A DNA stretch of 64,000 nucleotides from Candidatus Pacearchaeota archaeon (GTDB taxonomy: Archaea > Nanobdellota > Nanobdellia > Pacearchaeales > GW2011-AR1), in assembly GCA_027021195.1 (NCBI GenBank), contig JALUUW010000003.1, positions 4,843 through 68,842 on the forward strand, in the 5' to 3' direction. Below the pieces are notes generated by a model. That model had not been told where the DNA came from, made no database searches, and saw nothing but the letters and a program-made list of their open reading frames with translations. Made by a program: the position numbers and the translations under genes. This document shows positions 44,318-53,169 of this stretch, in pieces; within the stretch, counting starts at the first letter, position 1, and each line of letters starts with the position of its first letter.

Positions 44318-45541
44318 ATGGATGGATTGGTTAAGGAAAAAATAAGGTTTGAGGCAATAAAAAAAATAGCTGAGACTGGTTTTAAATATCGGAGTTTGAA
44401 GAAGATATCAAATCTTGACACTAATTCTCCTCCAAGCGTTTTCATAGGCTCCAGGCTGAGATATCCTCTTGTGAATGTTGGGATTTTAAGCCCTCTTGAA
44501 AGAGATGAAAATTCCTGGATTTATGATGATGCAAAGTATTGGGCAGAAAATGATTTTAAAATCAATGATGTTCTTAAGTTTAGAAACAGCCTTGTAAATT
44601 CAAGATTCCAGTCAAAAGTCCATGGAAGCTCCAGCTTAAATAAGAGATTAGTCCTGATTGCACAGGAGATTGCCCTTGCTTCAAAGCCTGTTGATGTGGA
44701 AATTGAGCTGAGAAGAAGGCTGAATATTGACAGGAGAAGAGATAGAGTGACAATGCCTCAGGGATTCAAAGCCCCTTTAAAAAAAGCAAAAATAACCAGT
44801 AATGTAAAAATTCACAGAAAGGTTGACAAAGTAATAAATGATGAGATAAAGGCTTCTGAAGGAGTGAGATATCTTCATAAAAGCGGTTTCAGCGAGTATG
44901 CTTTGAGCAAGATTTTAAGTGTGGGTGTTCTCGGGCTGAAAAAAGATAAGAAGCTTGTTCCCACAAGATGGTCAATTACAGCCACTGACGATATTATTGG
45001 AAAAAGCCTTCTAAAAAAGATAAGGGATTATAAATGGATTGAGAATTATGAATTGTTTTTTGGAGAGTTTATGGGAAACCAATACATGATAATGCTTTTT
45101 CCGAATGTCTGGAGTTATGAGCTTTTTGAGCTTTACCTGCCTGGAAGCTCATGGAACCCCTCTCATGAAATAAAAGCCTCTACAGATTACGAGTCATACG
45201 CTGGAAGAAAAAGCTATGCTTTAGACACTGCCGGAGGGTATTATGCTGCAAGGCTTCCTGTTTTGGAGTATCTTGAGAAAATAAAAAGGCAGGCAAGCGC
45301 ATTAGTAATCAGAATTGAAACTCCAAGCTACTGGGCTGCTTTAGGGGTATGGGTGTGCAGAGAGGCATGCAGAAAGACTCTCAGATATAGGAAACTGGAG
45401 TTTGATAGTTTTGAAGAGGCAGTTAATAGCCTTCAAAACATCGGAAAAGCAAGATTCAATTTTGCCCCTTCAGGAATATTGAAGAAAAGCAGGCTGATAG
45501 AAGCTATAAAAACTCAAAAGAGCCTGAGAGAGTGGTTTTAA
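44318..45541 (+). CDS. Nre-family-like (DUF650/651-type) protein with C-terminal PIP box
   Basis: Archaeal protein of ~400 aa. The extreme C-terminus QKSLREWF fits Qxx[LIM]xx[FWY][FWY]. The family call is from memory of size and architecture only. Confidence 0.4.
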   Translation: MDGLVKEKIRFEAIKKIAETGFKYRSLKKISNLDTNSPPSVFIGSRLRYPLVNVGILSPLERDENSWIYDDAKYWAENDFKINDVLKFRNSLVNSRFQSKVHGSSSLNKRLVLIAQEIALASKPVDVEIELRRRLNIDRRRDRVTMPQGFKAPLKKAKITSNVKIHRKVDKVINDEIKASEGVRYLHKSGFSEYALSKILSVGVLGLKKDKKLVPTRWSITATDDIIGKSLLKKIRDYKWIENYELFFGEFMGNQYMIMLFPNVWSYELFELYLPGSSWNPSHEIKASTDYESYAGRKSYALDTAGGYYAARLPVLEYLEKIKRQASALVIRIETPSYWAALGVWVCREACRKTLRYRKLEFDSFEEAVNSLQNIGKARFNFAPSGILKKSRLIEAIKTQKSLREWF

Positions 45542-45648
45542 TCCTCTGGGCTTAAAATGGCTCTGAGAAGATTATTTGGAGGAATGGAGGCTGGTTAGTT
45601 CTTCTTAAGAATATAAATCTTTATAAGAAATGTTAAAAAATAATCTCT

Positions 45649-46227
45649 ATGGAACAGAATAGAGCTATTAACAAAATCAAGTATGCAATTAAAAACAGGC
45701 TTCCGTCTTCTTTTGAATGCTACTCCCATGCCTGTAGCAACTATGCTATGTCAGAGATGATCGATCTTTCAGAGAAATCAATTTCTATGGTTATAAACTC
45801 CTATGACCCTGGACGCTATAATGATCCTTGCCTTATATACTCTTTTTTGAAATTTATAGATAAAACAGAAGGAAATGGAAGAATAAAGATAATCTTTGGA
45901 GAGGGGATTGGGAATATTGAAGAAAAAGGCCTTGTAGTAAGGATGAGAGCGCACTACAGAAGAAAAAACAAGGAAGATTCTCTGGAAGCCTACTCTCTTA
46001 GAGATAATGAGAAAGTAAGGTTTAGCAGATTTGCCCCCTCTCTTCTTTTCACAGCAGACTTAATGTCTCTTTGCGAGACTACAAAAAGAAATCTTTCTTC
46101 TGGAGAGGTGTTCTCTGTTTGGGCAAGCTTTAAGGGGTATGAGCCTGTTTTTTATATTGAGGGCCATCCTATCAGAGTGAGCAGTTTGATTAATCTTTAT
46201 TTAAATAATTCAGACAGGATTATCTAG
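45649..46227 (+). CDS. hypothetical protein
   Basis: 192-aa ORF with an ATG start. No motif recognised. Confidence 0.4.
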   Translation: MEQNRAINKIKYAIKNRLPSSFECYSHACSNYAMSEMIDLSEKSISMVINSYDPGRYNDPCLIYSFLKFIDKTEGNGRIKIIFGEGIGNIEEKGLVVRMRAHYRRKNKEDSLEAYSLRDNEKVRFSRFAPSLLFTADLMSLCETTKRNLSSGEVFSVWASFKGYEPVFYIEGHPIRVSSLINLYLNNSDRII

Positions 46228-46244
46228 TAGGATTTAAATTCAGT

Positions 46245-48653
46245 TTATTCTCCTTTCTCCTCTTTCTTCTTTCTGTATTCCTCCAGCCTTTCTTTGTTTG
46301 TCTCACATTCTGGATTAAAGCAGAAAGTCCATGGCCTTTTTCCTTTTCTTAGAGATATCAGCATTGGAAAATTGCATTTTTCGCAATTTTTTAAGGGAGT
46401 TGTTTTTTTTATTGTTCCGTTTGGTGGGAGAGAGTATGTTTTCGTGCATTCCGGATAGCTGTCACAGGCAATAAAATTTCTTTTAGTCTTTTTTGAGTAT
46501 GTTATTGCAAGGTTCCCCTTTCCGCATTCCGGACATGCGCAGAGAGTATTTTCTGCTTTTTGCTGCTCTCTTAATTTGATGTTTGCCTGCAAAAGTTCTT
46601 TTCCTATTTCTTTCTCATTTTTTTCAAACTGCTTTGCTATTTTTGTTATGGCCTCTTTTGCCTCGCTGATTATTCTCTTTTCATGCTCCATAAACCCCTC
46701 TTTTTCTTCCTGAATCTTATCCATTTCTTTTTCAAAGTGCCTTGTCAGCTCTTCATCTATTATTATTGGAGAGTATTTTTCCAGAGTTTCAATTAAAGAG
46801 ATTCCAAGCGGTGTTGCCTCTATGCTTTTCTCTTTTATGTAATTTCTTTCATAAAGAGTCTCCAGGATTGAGCTTCTTGTTGCTTTGGTTCCGAGATTTC
46901 TTTTTTCCAGTTCAGAAACAATTGATGCCGGAGAATACCTTTTAGGAGGCTGCGTTTCTTTTTCCTCTATCCTTGAGTCTGTTATTTTCACCTCCCCTTT
47001 CATGTCAGGAATTTCATTTTCTTTCATTTTAACAGGATAGATTTCCATCCATGCTTTTTTTCTGACTGATAATCCTTTTGCTGAAAATTTTAATTCATCA
47101 ACACTTGCTGTAATCTTCTTGTTGTCTATTATTGCATCTTCGCAGAAAAGAGAGAGAAATCTTTTTACAATCAGGTTGTAAATTTTTTCTTCGTCTCCTG
47201 AGAGTATTATGGAGTCATTTTGTCCTGTTGGGTATATTGAAGGGTGCGCAGGGTCTGTTTTCTTTCCTTCTACTGGCTTTTCCCTTTTTATGAGGTGTTC
47301 TGCATTATATTTTTTGGCAAGCCTTTTAAGAATCTCTCTGTATCCTATGGAATCAGGAAGCTTCTGGCTTGAAGTTCTTGGATAGGATATGAGGCCTGAA
47401 AGATAGAGGGATTGGGCTGCCCTCAGAGTGTTTGAAGGAGTAATTCCGTGAAGCTTGTATGCTTCTGTCTGAAGGGTTGTTAAATTGAAAGGCGGTGAAG
47501 GAGGGATTATCTGTTCTGTTTTTTTTGTTTCTGCAGTTGCGGTTTTTCCAATGAGATTCTCAAATTTTTTAAGTTCCTTTTTCTCAAAAATATCTTTGTT
47601 ATGCTTCAGCTCCAGGCTGTTTTTTCCGTCATTTGCTTCAATAAAAACCTGCCAGTATGGCGTTGGCTTGAATGACTGGATTTCTCTTTCTTTTTGGACT
47701 ATCAGGTTCAATGCAGGGCCCTGCACGCGCCCTATAGACATAATCCTGAATTTTCCTGTTGTTTTAATTGCATTCATCAGTGCTCTTGAAAGATTTATAC
47801 CGTAAAACCAGTCCAGATAATGCCTTGTCTCTCCTGCAATTGCCTGCCCCCAGTTCACGCTTGAGGATTTTTCCTCGTATGCTTTGTTCAGCTCTTTTTC
47901 TGTCAGTGTGGAGAATTTCATTCTTTTTGCATCCTTCTGGTTGCAGATAAATCTTACAACATTCAGCCCAATGAGCTCCCCTTCAATGTCGTAATCTGTT
48001 GCAACTGTAATGCTTCCGGCATTTTTTGCAAGTTTCAGAAGAGTGTCATGATATCTCTTTGTAAAATCATTCTTTCTAGCCATATAATTTGGGATCCAGC
48101 TTATATCAAAAACAGGAACTTCTGATCCAGGAGTGTTCTGTTTAAGAGTGAATAAATGGCCTACAGCGCATGCCACTATTATTTTTTTGCCGTCTCTCTC
48201 AACCTCATAGTATGGGACACTTCCGGAGTTTTTTTTAGTTGATTTTCCAAGTGCAGAGGATATTTTCAGGGCAGCCTGTGGCTTTTCAGTAATAATAAGC
48301 TCATATCCGTTTTTCTTTAATTCTGTTTTCGGGGGAGAGTACTTCTCCATGCTTTTTGCTTTTTTCTTTCTTGCCTGTTTCTTTTTTTTCCCGACTTTTA
48401 TTACTTTTTCAAGAGACTTTCTGTCAGGCTTGAGATACTCTTTTTCAACCGCTCCCTTCAATATCTCCTCTTTTGGAAGAGGGTCTTTTATCGGTATTTC
48501 AACAGACTTTTTTGCAAGGTCGTGCTCACTAAGAACTATTTTCTTTTCTGCTTTCTCAATTTTCTCAGTAGCATATTCAACATCACTCTTATCTACTGGG
48601 AAATAACTTTCAGCTACTTTCTCTTCATGTGTTTTTCTTGGTTTTCTTGGCAT
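46245..48653 (-). CDS. topA: type IA DNA topoisomerase (TopA/Topo III-like) with Lys-rich N-terminal extension and C-terminal Zn ribbons
   Basis: Toprim region (LIITEKPQAA...ACAVGHL...ATDYDIEGE), active-site region (GLISYPRTSS) and C-terminal CPECG...CDSYPEC...CEKC...CFNPEC. Confidence 0.85.
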   Translation of the reverse strand: MPRKPRKTHEEKVAESYFPVDKSDVEYATEKIEKAEKKIVLSEHDLAKKSVEIPIKDPLPKEEILKGAVEKEYLKPDRKSLEKVIKVGKKKKQARKKKAKSMEKYSPPKTELKKNGYELIITEKPQAALKISSALGKSTKKNSGSVPYYEVERDGKKIIVACAVGHLFTLKQNTPGSEVPVFDISWIPNYMARKNDFTKRYHDTLLKLAKNAGSITVATDYDIEGELIGLNVVRFICNQKDAKRMKFSTLTEKELNKAYEEKSSSVNWGQAIAGETRHYLDWFYGINLSRALMNAIKTTGKFRIMSIGRVQGPALNLIVQKEREIQSFKPTPYWQVFIEANDGKNSLELKHNKDIFEKKELKKFENLIGKTATAETKKTEQIIPPSPPFNLTTLQTEAYKLHGITPSNTLRAAQSLYLSGLISYPRTSSQKLPDSIGYREILKRLAKKYNAEHLIKREKPVEGKKTDPAHPSIYPTGQNDSIILSGDEEKIYNLIVKRFLSLFCEDAIIDNKKITASVDELKFSAKGLSVRKKAWMEIYPVKMKENEIPDMKGEVKITDSRIEEKETQPPKRYSPASIVSELEKRNLGTKATRSSILETLYERNYIKEKSIEATPLGISLIETLEKYSPIIIDEELTRHFEKEMDKIQEEKEGFMEHEKRIISEAKEAITKIAKQFEKNEKEIGKELLQANIKLREQQKAENTLCACPECGKGNLAITYSKKTKRNFIACDSYPECTKTYSLPPNGTIKKTTPLKNCEKCNFPMLISLRKGKRPWTFCFNPECETNKERLEEYRKKKEEKGE

Positions 48654-48703
48654 TTTCTATAAATCATATAAACATAGTGTAGAAAAAGGGTTTTTATAGG
48701 TTT

Positions 48704-49543
48704 TTAAAAAATCTTATTCATCTCCTGAAGCCTTTTTCCCGAGCCTATTGAGCTGTTGAACATTTTCCAGAATATTCTCGTCATCCACTCTGTCCATTCC
48801 CTGTTTTTGATTGTATAGAACACAAAGAGCCTTTTATTCAGCTCTTTTTCTTTTCCTGTCGGCTCTTTCATTTCCTTCATGTTAAAGAGCTTATTGTCTA
48901 TTATTGTGGCTCTTAATGGCTGTTCTCTGTGCCTTATTTCCACTAATTCTTTTCCATGCTTGAAATTTAAAGACAGCATTTTTTCTATGTTCTTCTTGCC
49001 TGCTAAATCAACCCTGCAGACGACCTTAATGCTTATTCCATTTTTCACAAGCCTGTCAAGAATATCAAAGATGTCTGTTTTTCTGTCTTTGTAATTTATA
49101 AGCGAAAGGTTTCCTGAAAAAAACAGGATTTGCTTTTTTGCGCTTAACAGGATGTCTTTAAACTCCTTTAGCCTTCCTGATTTCATCTCGCTTTCCCCCT
49201 TTTTCATCCATGCCTCCTTGTCTTTGTCCGCGACATGCTGAAAAATGTCAAATGCAGAAAAGTCCCCCTTGTTTTTGCCCTGCATTATCTGCTCCTCCAG
49301 CTTCTCCTGAAAAACAGAGTGGTTCGCCTTTTCTACTGAAGCCCAGTAAACGATTTTCAGTGCTCCGCGAGTCCCTTCCCTGAAGGTTCTTGTTGCCAGT
49401 GTTCCGAATTCTTTTTCAATTTCCTGAACATACCTGTCAGCAGTTCTCCAGTTTTTTCCCAGGTGCTTGGCTATCTCCTGTATGCTTCTTGGCTTTGAAT
49501 AGGCAAAATCCTCTATTTTTTTTATTGTTTTAGTGTCAAGCAT
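48704..49543 (-). CDS. wHTH transcriptional regulator with TrmB/PLD-like C-terminal domain
   Basis: N-terminus is KPRSIQEIAKHLGKNWRTADRYVQEIEKEFG. The C-terminal segment is LRATIIDNKLF. Confidence 0.4.
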   Translation of the reverse strand: MLDTKTIKKIEDFAYSKPRSIQEIAKHLGKNWRTADRYVQEIEKEFGTLATRTFREGTRGALKIVYWASVEKANHSVFQEKLEEQIMQGKNKGDFSAFDIFQHVADKDKEAWMKKGESEMKSGRLKEFKDILLSAKKQILFFSGNLSLINYKDRKTDIFDILDRLVKNGISIKVVCRVDLAGKKNIEKMLSLNFKHGKELVEIRHREQPLRATIIDNKLFNMKEMKEPTGKEKELNKRLFVFYTIKNREWTEWMTRIFWKMFNSSIGSGKRLQEMNKIF

Positions 49544-49648
49544 AGTGTTTCAACCATTTTGTGATATTTAAGCATTTCTACAATATACAACACTTTTGAC
49601 AAAATATGTACAGTAAAATGTATCTAATCTGCAAGTCTTTGTTAGAAT

Positions 49649-50224
49649 ATGAGAAAATACGTCTTGACAGGAGGGCCGTGCTCTGGAAAAACAACACTTA
49701 TTAATGAACTTAGAAAAAACGGCTTTTCTGTTTTAGATGAAACTGCAAGAGAGGTGTTAAGCTCTGCCCTAATCTCTGATAAGGTTATTAATAATAAAGA
49801 GAATTATGAAAAACTGGAGATTGAGATATTTCAAAGGCAGCTGAAAAAGGAAAGCAGCCTTTGCAAAAAAACCTTGCTTTATTTTCTTGACAGAGGAACT
49901 ATTGACTGCCTTGCTTATTCAGAGGTGTTTCTTGGATATGTTCCTGAAGAAATTGCAATCCACACTCATTCCGGAAGGTATGACAAAGTCTTTGCTTTAG
50001 AAAGATTGCCTTTTGTTAATGACGGAGTAAGAGTTGAGGGCACAGAAGAGGAAGCTAAAAAAATTCACGATTTTCTGATTAAGACCTATCTTGATTACGG
50101 ATATGAGCTGATACATGTTCCTGTTATGTCAGTAGAAGAAAGGATGGAATTTATTCTAAGATGCATTAAATCATGCTGTCTCAATAGATATCCTTCCCAA
50201 CAAGGATGTTTATCTGGAGATTGA
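49649..50224 (+). CDS. P-loop ATPase (AAA_28/NadR-like)
   Basis: YVLTGGPCSGKTTLINELRKNGFSVLDETAREV. The 3' end overlaps a gene remnant in another frame. Confidence 0.6.
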   Translation: MRKYVLTGGPCSGKTTLINELRKNGFSVLDETAREVLSSALISDKVINNKENYEKLEIEIFQRQLKKESSLCKKTLLYFLDRGTIDCLAYSEVFLGYVPEEIAIHTHSGRYDKVFALERLPFVNDGVRVEGTEEEAKKIHDFLIKTYLDYGYELIHVPVMSVEERMEFILRCIKSCCLNRYPSQQGCLSGD

Positions 50225-50324
50225 AGGAGACAAAAAATCAATCTTAAAGTGCCTGAGGGATTTTGGGCTGAAGCTTGAGGATATTGAAAAAAGGCCCTAT
50301 CAGGAGATAATCAAAAATGCATAA
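50160..50324 (+). pseudogene. start-less 54-codon frame resembling the C-terminus of a CYTH-domain protein
   Basis: DALNHAVSIDILPNKDVYLEIEGDKKSILKCLRDFGLKLEDIEKRPYQEIIKNA*. The hydrophobic-x-LEIEG...GL....SY.E pattern is typical of CYTH tails. There is no start codon, and the frame overlaps both neighbouring genes. Confidence 0.3.
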
Positions 50325-51624
50325 AAACATAATAAGAATAAAAAAGGAAAAGAGCAATTACCTGATTTTCAGCTCTGAAGGAATGCTCCTCTCCCTGACT
50401 CGGGAGGAATTTGAGGCTTTTGAAAAACACGGAAAAAAGAAAAAAATCAATCCTGAATATAAGGAAATACTTTCAAGGCTTGCATCTTATGGCATTCTGG
50501 AATTTGAGGATTTTAAGCCAGATGATGAAAGAAAGACTTATGACCTGTCTCTTTTAAGGCACAACTCTTCTGAGCCTCTTTATCCTGCTCCTGTTCTTGC
50601 TCATTTGTCTGTAACCAATAAATGCAATATGTCCTGCGAGTATTGCTCTGTCAGGGAACTGCACTGCTCTAATGCTGAAAAAGAACTGACAACAGAGCAA
50701 TGGAAAAAAATAATTTCCGGGCTTGCAGAATGGGGTGTTTTTCAGATAGGGTTCACAGGAGGAGAGCCGACACTGAGAAAGGATTTGCCTGAGCTTGCAA
50801 ACCATGTTCATGAAAAAGGATGCGTATTTAACCTGACAACAAACGGCTGGCTTTTAGATGAAAAGCTTGTTAGCAAGCTTGCAGAATCAGGAATGAAGCA
50901 GTGCCAGGTTTCCTTAGACTCCCACATTAAAGAGACTCATGAAAAGCTGAGGGGAAAAGGCTCTTATGAGAGAGCCATAAAATCCATAAGGCTGTTAAAG
51001 GACAAGGGAGTTGCTGTTGGAATAGACTGCGTTGTTTCTAGAAATAATATCGGCTCAATTCCTGAATTTATAAAGTGGATTGAAAAAGAAGGGATTCCTT
51101 ATCTGACTTTAATAAAGCTGAAAAAAGGGGATTTAAGCAGAGAGTATTATAATTACCTAATGCCTGATTACCATGCATATTCTAGATTGATAAAAGATAT
51201 ATGCTGCAGGGAAAAAAACAAAAACCCCAATATAACTCTTGACTGCGGAAGCGTTTCAAACCTTCAGGCAGTTGCTGATAAAAATAAATTTCATAATCTT
51301 CCTGTTGCAGGATGCCCTTTAGGCCATCATTTAATATGCATCTCTCCTTCTGGAAATATTTTCAGCTGCGCTGCCCTTCTTGATAAAAGGCTTTGTCTTG
51401 GAAATGCCTTAAAAGATGATATTAAGGAAGTCTGGGAAAACAATTCTCTTTTAAGGGAATTTAGATTAATAAAACAAAAAATCTCAGGAAAGTGCAGGAA
51501 TTGCGAAAGGCTTGACATATGCAGGGGAGGGTGCAGGGGAATTTCTTATTCAATAAACAATGGGTTGTTTGGCTCTGACTCAACATGTAAATTTCAGGAG
51601 GTGAAAAATGGAAATACGGGTTGA
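50317..51624 (+). CDS. radical SAM / SPASM-domain enzyme (peptide-maturase-like), third copy
   Basis: CNMSCEYC (CX3CX2C), TGGEPTL and a C-terminal GCPLG..ISPSGNIFSCA..CRNCERLDICRGGCRG..DSTC. The N-terminal ~100 aa look like a substrate-recognition extension. Confidence 0.85.
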   Translation: MHKNIIRIKKEKSNYLIFSSEGMLLSLTREEFEAFEKHGKKKKINPEYKEILSRLASYGILEFEDFKPDDERKTYDLSLLRHNSSEPLYPAPVLAHLSVTNKCNMSCEYCSVRELHCSNAEKELTTEQWKKIISGLAEWGVFQIGFTGGEPTLRKDLPELANHVHEKGCVFNLTTNGWLLDEKLVSKLAESGMKQCQVSLDSHIKETHEKLRGKGSYERAIKSIRLLKDKGVAVGIDCVVSRNNIGSIPEFIKWIEKEGIPYLTLIKLKKGDLSREYYNYLMPDYHAYSRLIKDICCREKNKNPNITLDCGSVSNLQAVADKNKFHNLPVAGCPLGHHLICISPSGNIFSCAALLDKRLCLGNALKDDIKEVWENNSLLREFRLIKQKISGKCRNCERLDICRGGCRGISYSINNGLFGSDSTCKFQEVKNGNTG

Positions 51625-51842
51625 CAAGCTTCAGGGCGGGCATTATGCTTTTTTAAGCGAGCTGCCTCATCTTGCAGAAAAGAGCAAACAGCTTTCTGAA
51701 AAGCTTGCTTTTGAAAAAAATGAAAAGAAGCTTATTTGAGGTGGCATGGGAAATAACAGATGGGTGCAATCTTGAGTGCATCCACTGTTACAACCCCCAA
51801 AAAAAGAAGATATTTTTTAGGCCAGTTAAAGACCTTTGTTGA
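51608..51842 (+). pseudogene. frameshifted and 3'-truncated radical SAM paralogue
   Basis: ORF a (51608-51739) has AGGAGGTGA upstream. ORF b (51720-51842) encodes MKRSLFEVAWEITDGCNLECIHCYNPQKKK.. The two frames join if one A is removed from the A7 run at 51714-51720. The sequence stops ~25 aa after the CX3CX2C motif. Confidence 0.45.
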
Positions 51843-51854
51843 ATAACCCATAAA

Positions 51855-52475
51855 TCAAATGTCAAAAATCTTCTCTTTTCTTGAGACATTAATGATTTTT
51901 GTTTTTCCCATTTTTTCCTCAATCCCTTCAGCCTCATGAATGTGCGCGCTGATTAAGATGTCTGGCTTGAATTCTTTTACTGCCTTTTTTATTGCCTTGC
52001 TTCCTTTAAATCCTGAGAATTCCGCCTTGCTTCCATTGTGATGCATATGGGTTACCATAATTTTTTTATTGACTTTTTTAAGGGCATTGTTTCCTTTTTT
52101 CAGAGCATCAAAAATCTCTTTTTCTGTTGTATTAAACTCCAGTGCCCCTCCTGCCCCGAAAATACCCACTTTGTCTTTTACAAAAGAGTATCCATGAATG
52201 TTCTTGGTGTTTGGATACATTTCTGCAAGAAAATCCACTGTAGCAATAGATTCGTGGTTTCCATGAAGCAATAAAACCGGTTTTTCTGCTTTTGTGAAAG
52301 GGCCTACAATGTTTTTTACTGAGCTTTCTGCCAGAGTCAGGTCTCCTGCAAGTATTACTAAGTCAACATTTTCTTTTTTTGCCTTTTCAGCCAGCTTTTT
52401 CACTAGCCCAGTGTCTCCATGAATGTCTCCAACTGCAAGTATTCTTGTTTTTTTTCTGTTTCCTGGATGTTTCAT
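51855..52475 (-). CDS. calcineurin-like metallophosphoesterase
   Basis: ILAVGDIHGD, LAGDLT, GNHE, and GGA...HMH/SAHIHE. Confidence 0.8.
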   Translation of the reverse strand: MKHPGNRKKTRILAVGDIHGDTGLVKKLAEKAKKENVDLVILAGDLTLAESSVKNIVGPFTKAEKPVLLLHGNHESIATVDFLAEMYPNTKNIHGYSFVKDKVGIFGAGGALEFNTTEKEIFDALKKGNNALKKVNKKIMVTHMHHNGSKAEFSGFKGSKAIKKAVKEFKPDILISAHIHEAEGIEEKMGKTKIINVSRKEKIFDI

Positions 52476-52584
52476 GATATTAAATTAAAATTTTGATTAA
52501 TAAAGATTATTAATTTATTTTTTGGCTATTTTATAGAAGGTATTATTTTTTAAATGTTTTGGCAGATATATCCTTCCCAAAAGA

Positions 52585-52633
52585 TTTAAAAGGACTATAC
52601 TGTCTGGATATATACATTAAACTATACATATCC
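52585..52633 (+). promoter_or_regulatory. TATA-like box (52585-52592) plus imperfect inverted repeat GGATATATACAT-taaa-CTATACATATCC (52606-52633)
   Basis: Read directly from the sequence. The arms match 9/12. The element lies between the TATA box and the ATG of the wHTH gene. A third GGATATAT copy is at 52566-52573 on the minus strand. Confidence 0.35.
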
Positions 52634-52643
52634 GAGTATCAAA

Positions 52644-52910
52644 ATGAAAGACAATTTTGATATCTTTTTCAGGAGAAAGCCAGCTCTGATGCTGGTATCT
52701 CTTAAAAAGAATACAAGGATGAGGTATGGTAGTGTTTTGGCTAAGGAAGTTGACTGCACCTACAGCCATGCAGTGAAGATTTTGCAGACACTTGAAGACC
52801 TTAAGTTAGTTGTTTTTGAAAAAAAGGGGCGGATAAAAATTATACAGCTAACGAAGAAGGGAAGAGAAGTTGCAGATGCAATTGAAAACATTCAAAAGCT
52901 GATTAAATGA
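52644..52910 (+). CDS. small winged-helix transcriptional regulator
   Basis: RYGSVLAKEVDCTYSHAVKILQTLEDLKLVVFEKKGRIKIIQLTKKGREVA. Confidence 0.55.
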   Translation: MKDNFDIFFRRKPALMLVSLKKNTRMRYGSVLAKEVDCTYSHAVKILQTLEDLKLVVFEKKGRIKIIQLTKKGREVADAIENIQKLIK

Positions 52911-53052
52911 AAGCTTTTGGCTACCACGCCCCTGAAAGAGCCTTATGGGCAGAAGACAATAGCAGGCAGTATTTAGTTTAGGATTAGCCTGGATGCTTTA
53001 AGATATTTTTTATCCTATGCAATGCTTTTCTGTGTTTGGGATTTTATAAGCA

Positions 53053-53127
53053 TGGCCCTGGAGGGATTTGAACCCCCGACACCCAGATTAAGAGTCTGGT
53101 GCTCTAACCAGGCTGAGCTACAGAGCC
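53053..53127 (-). tRNA. tRNA-Lys (anticodon CUU)
   Basis: The reverse complement is GGCTCTGTAGCTCAGCCTGGTTAGAGCACCAGACTCTTAATCTGGGTGTCGGGGGTTCAAATCCCTCCAGGGCCA. It has a 7-bp acceptor stem, anticodon loop CTCTTAA and T-loop GGTTCAAAT. No CCA is encoded. Confidence 0.85.
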
Positions 53128-53150
53128 ATAATTCAATATCAGAGAAGAAG

Positions 53151-53158
53151 TTTAAAAA
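53151..53158 (-). promoter_or_regulatory. TATA-like box (TTTTTAAA on minus strand) ~24 nt upstream of the tRNA 5' end
   Basis: Position and sequence fit an archaeal tRNA promoter. Confidence 0.4.
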
Positions 53159-53169
53159 TCTTTACTAGC

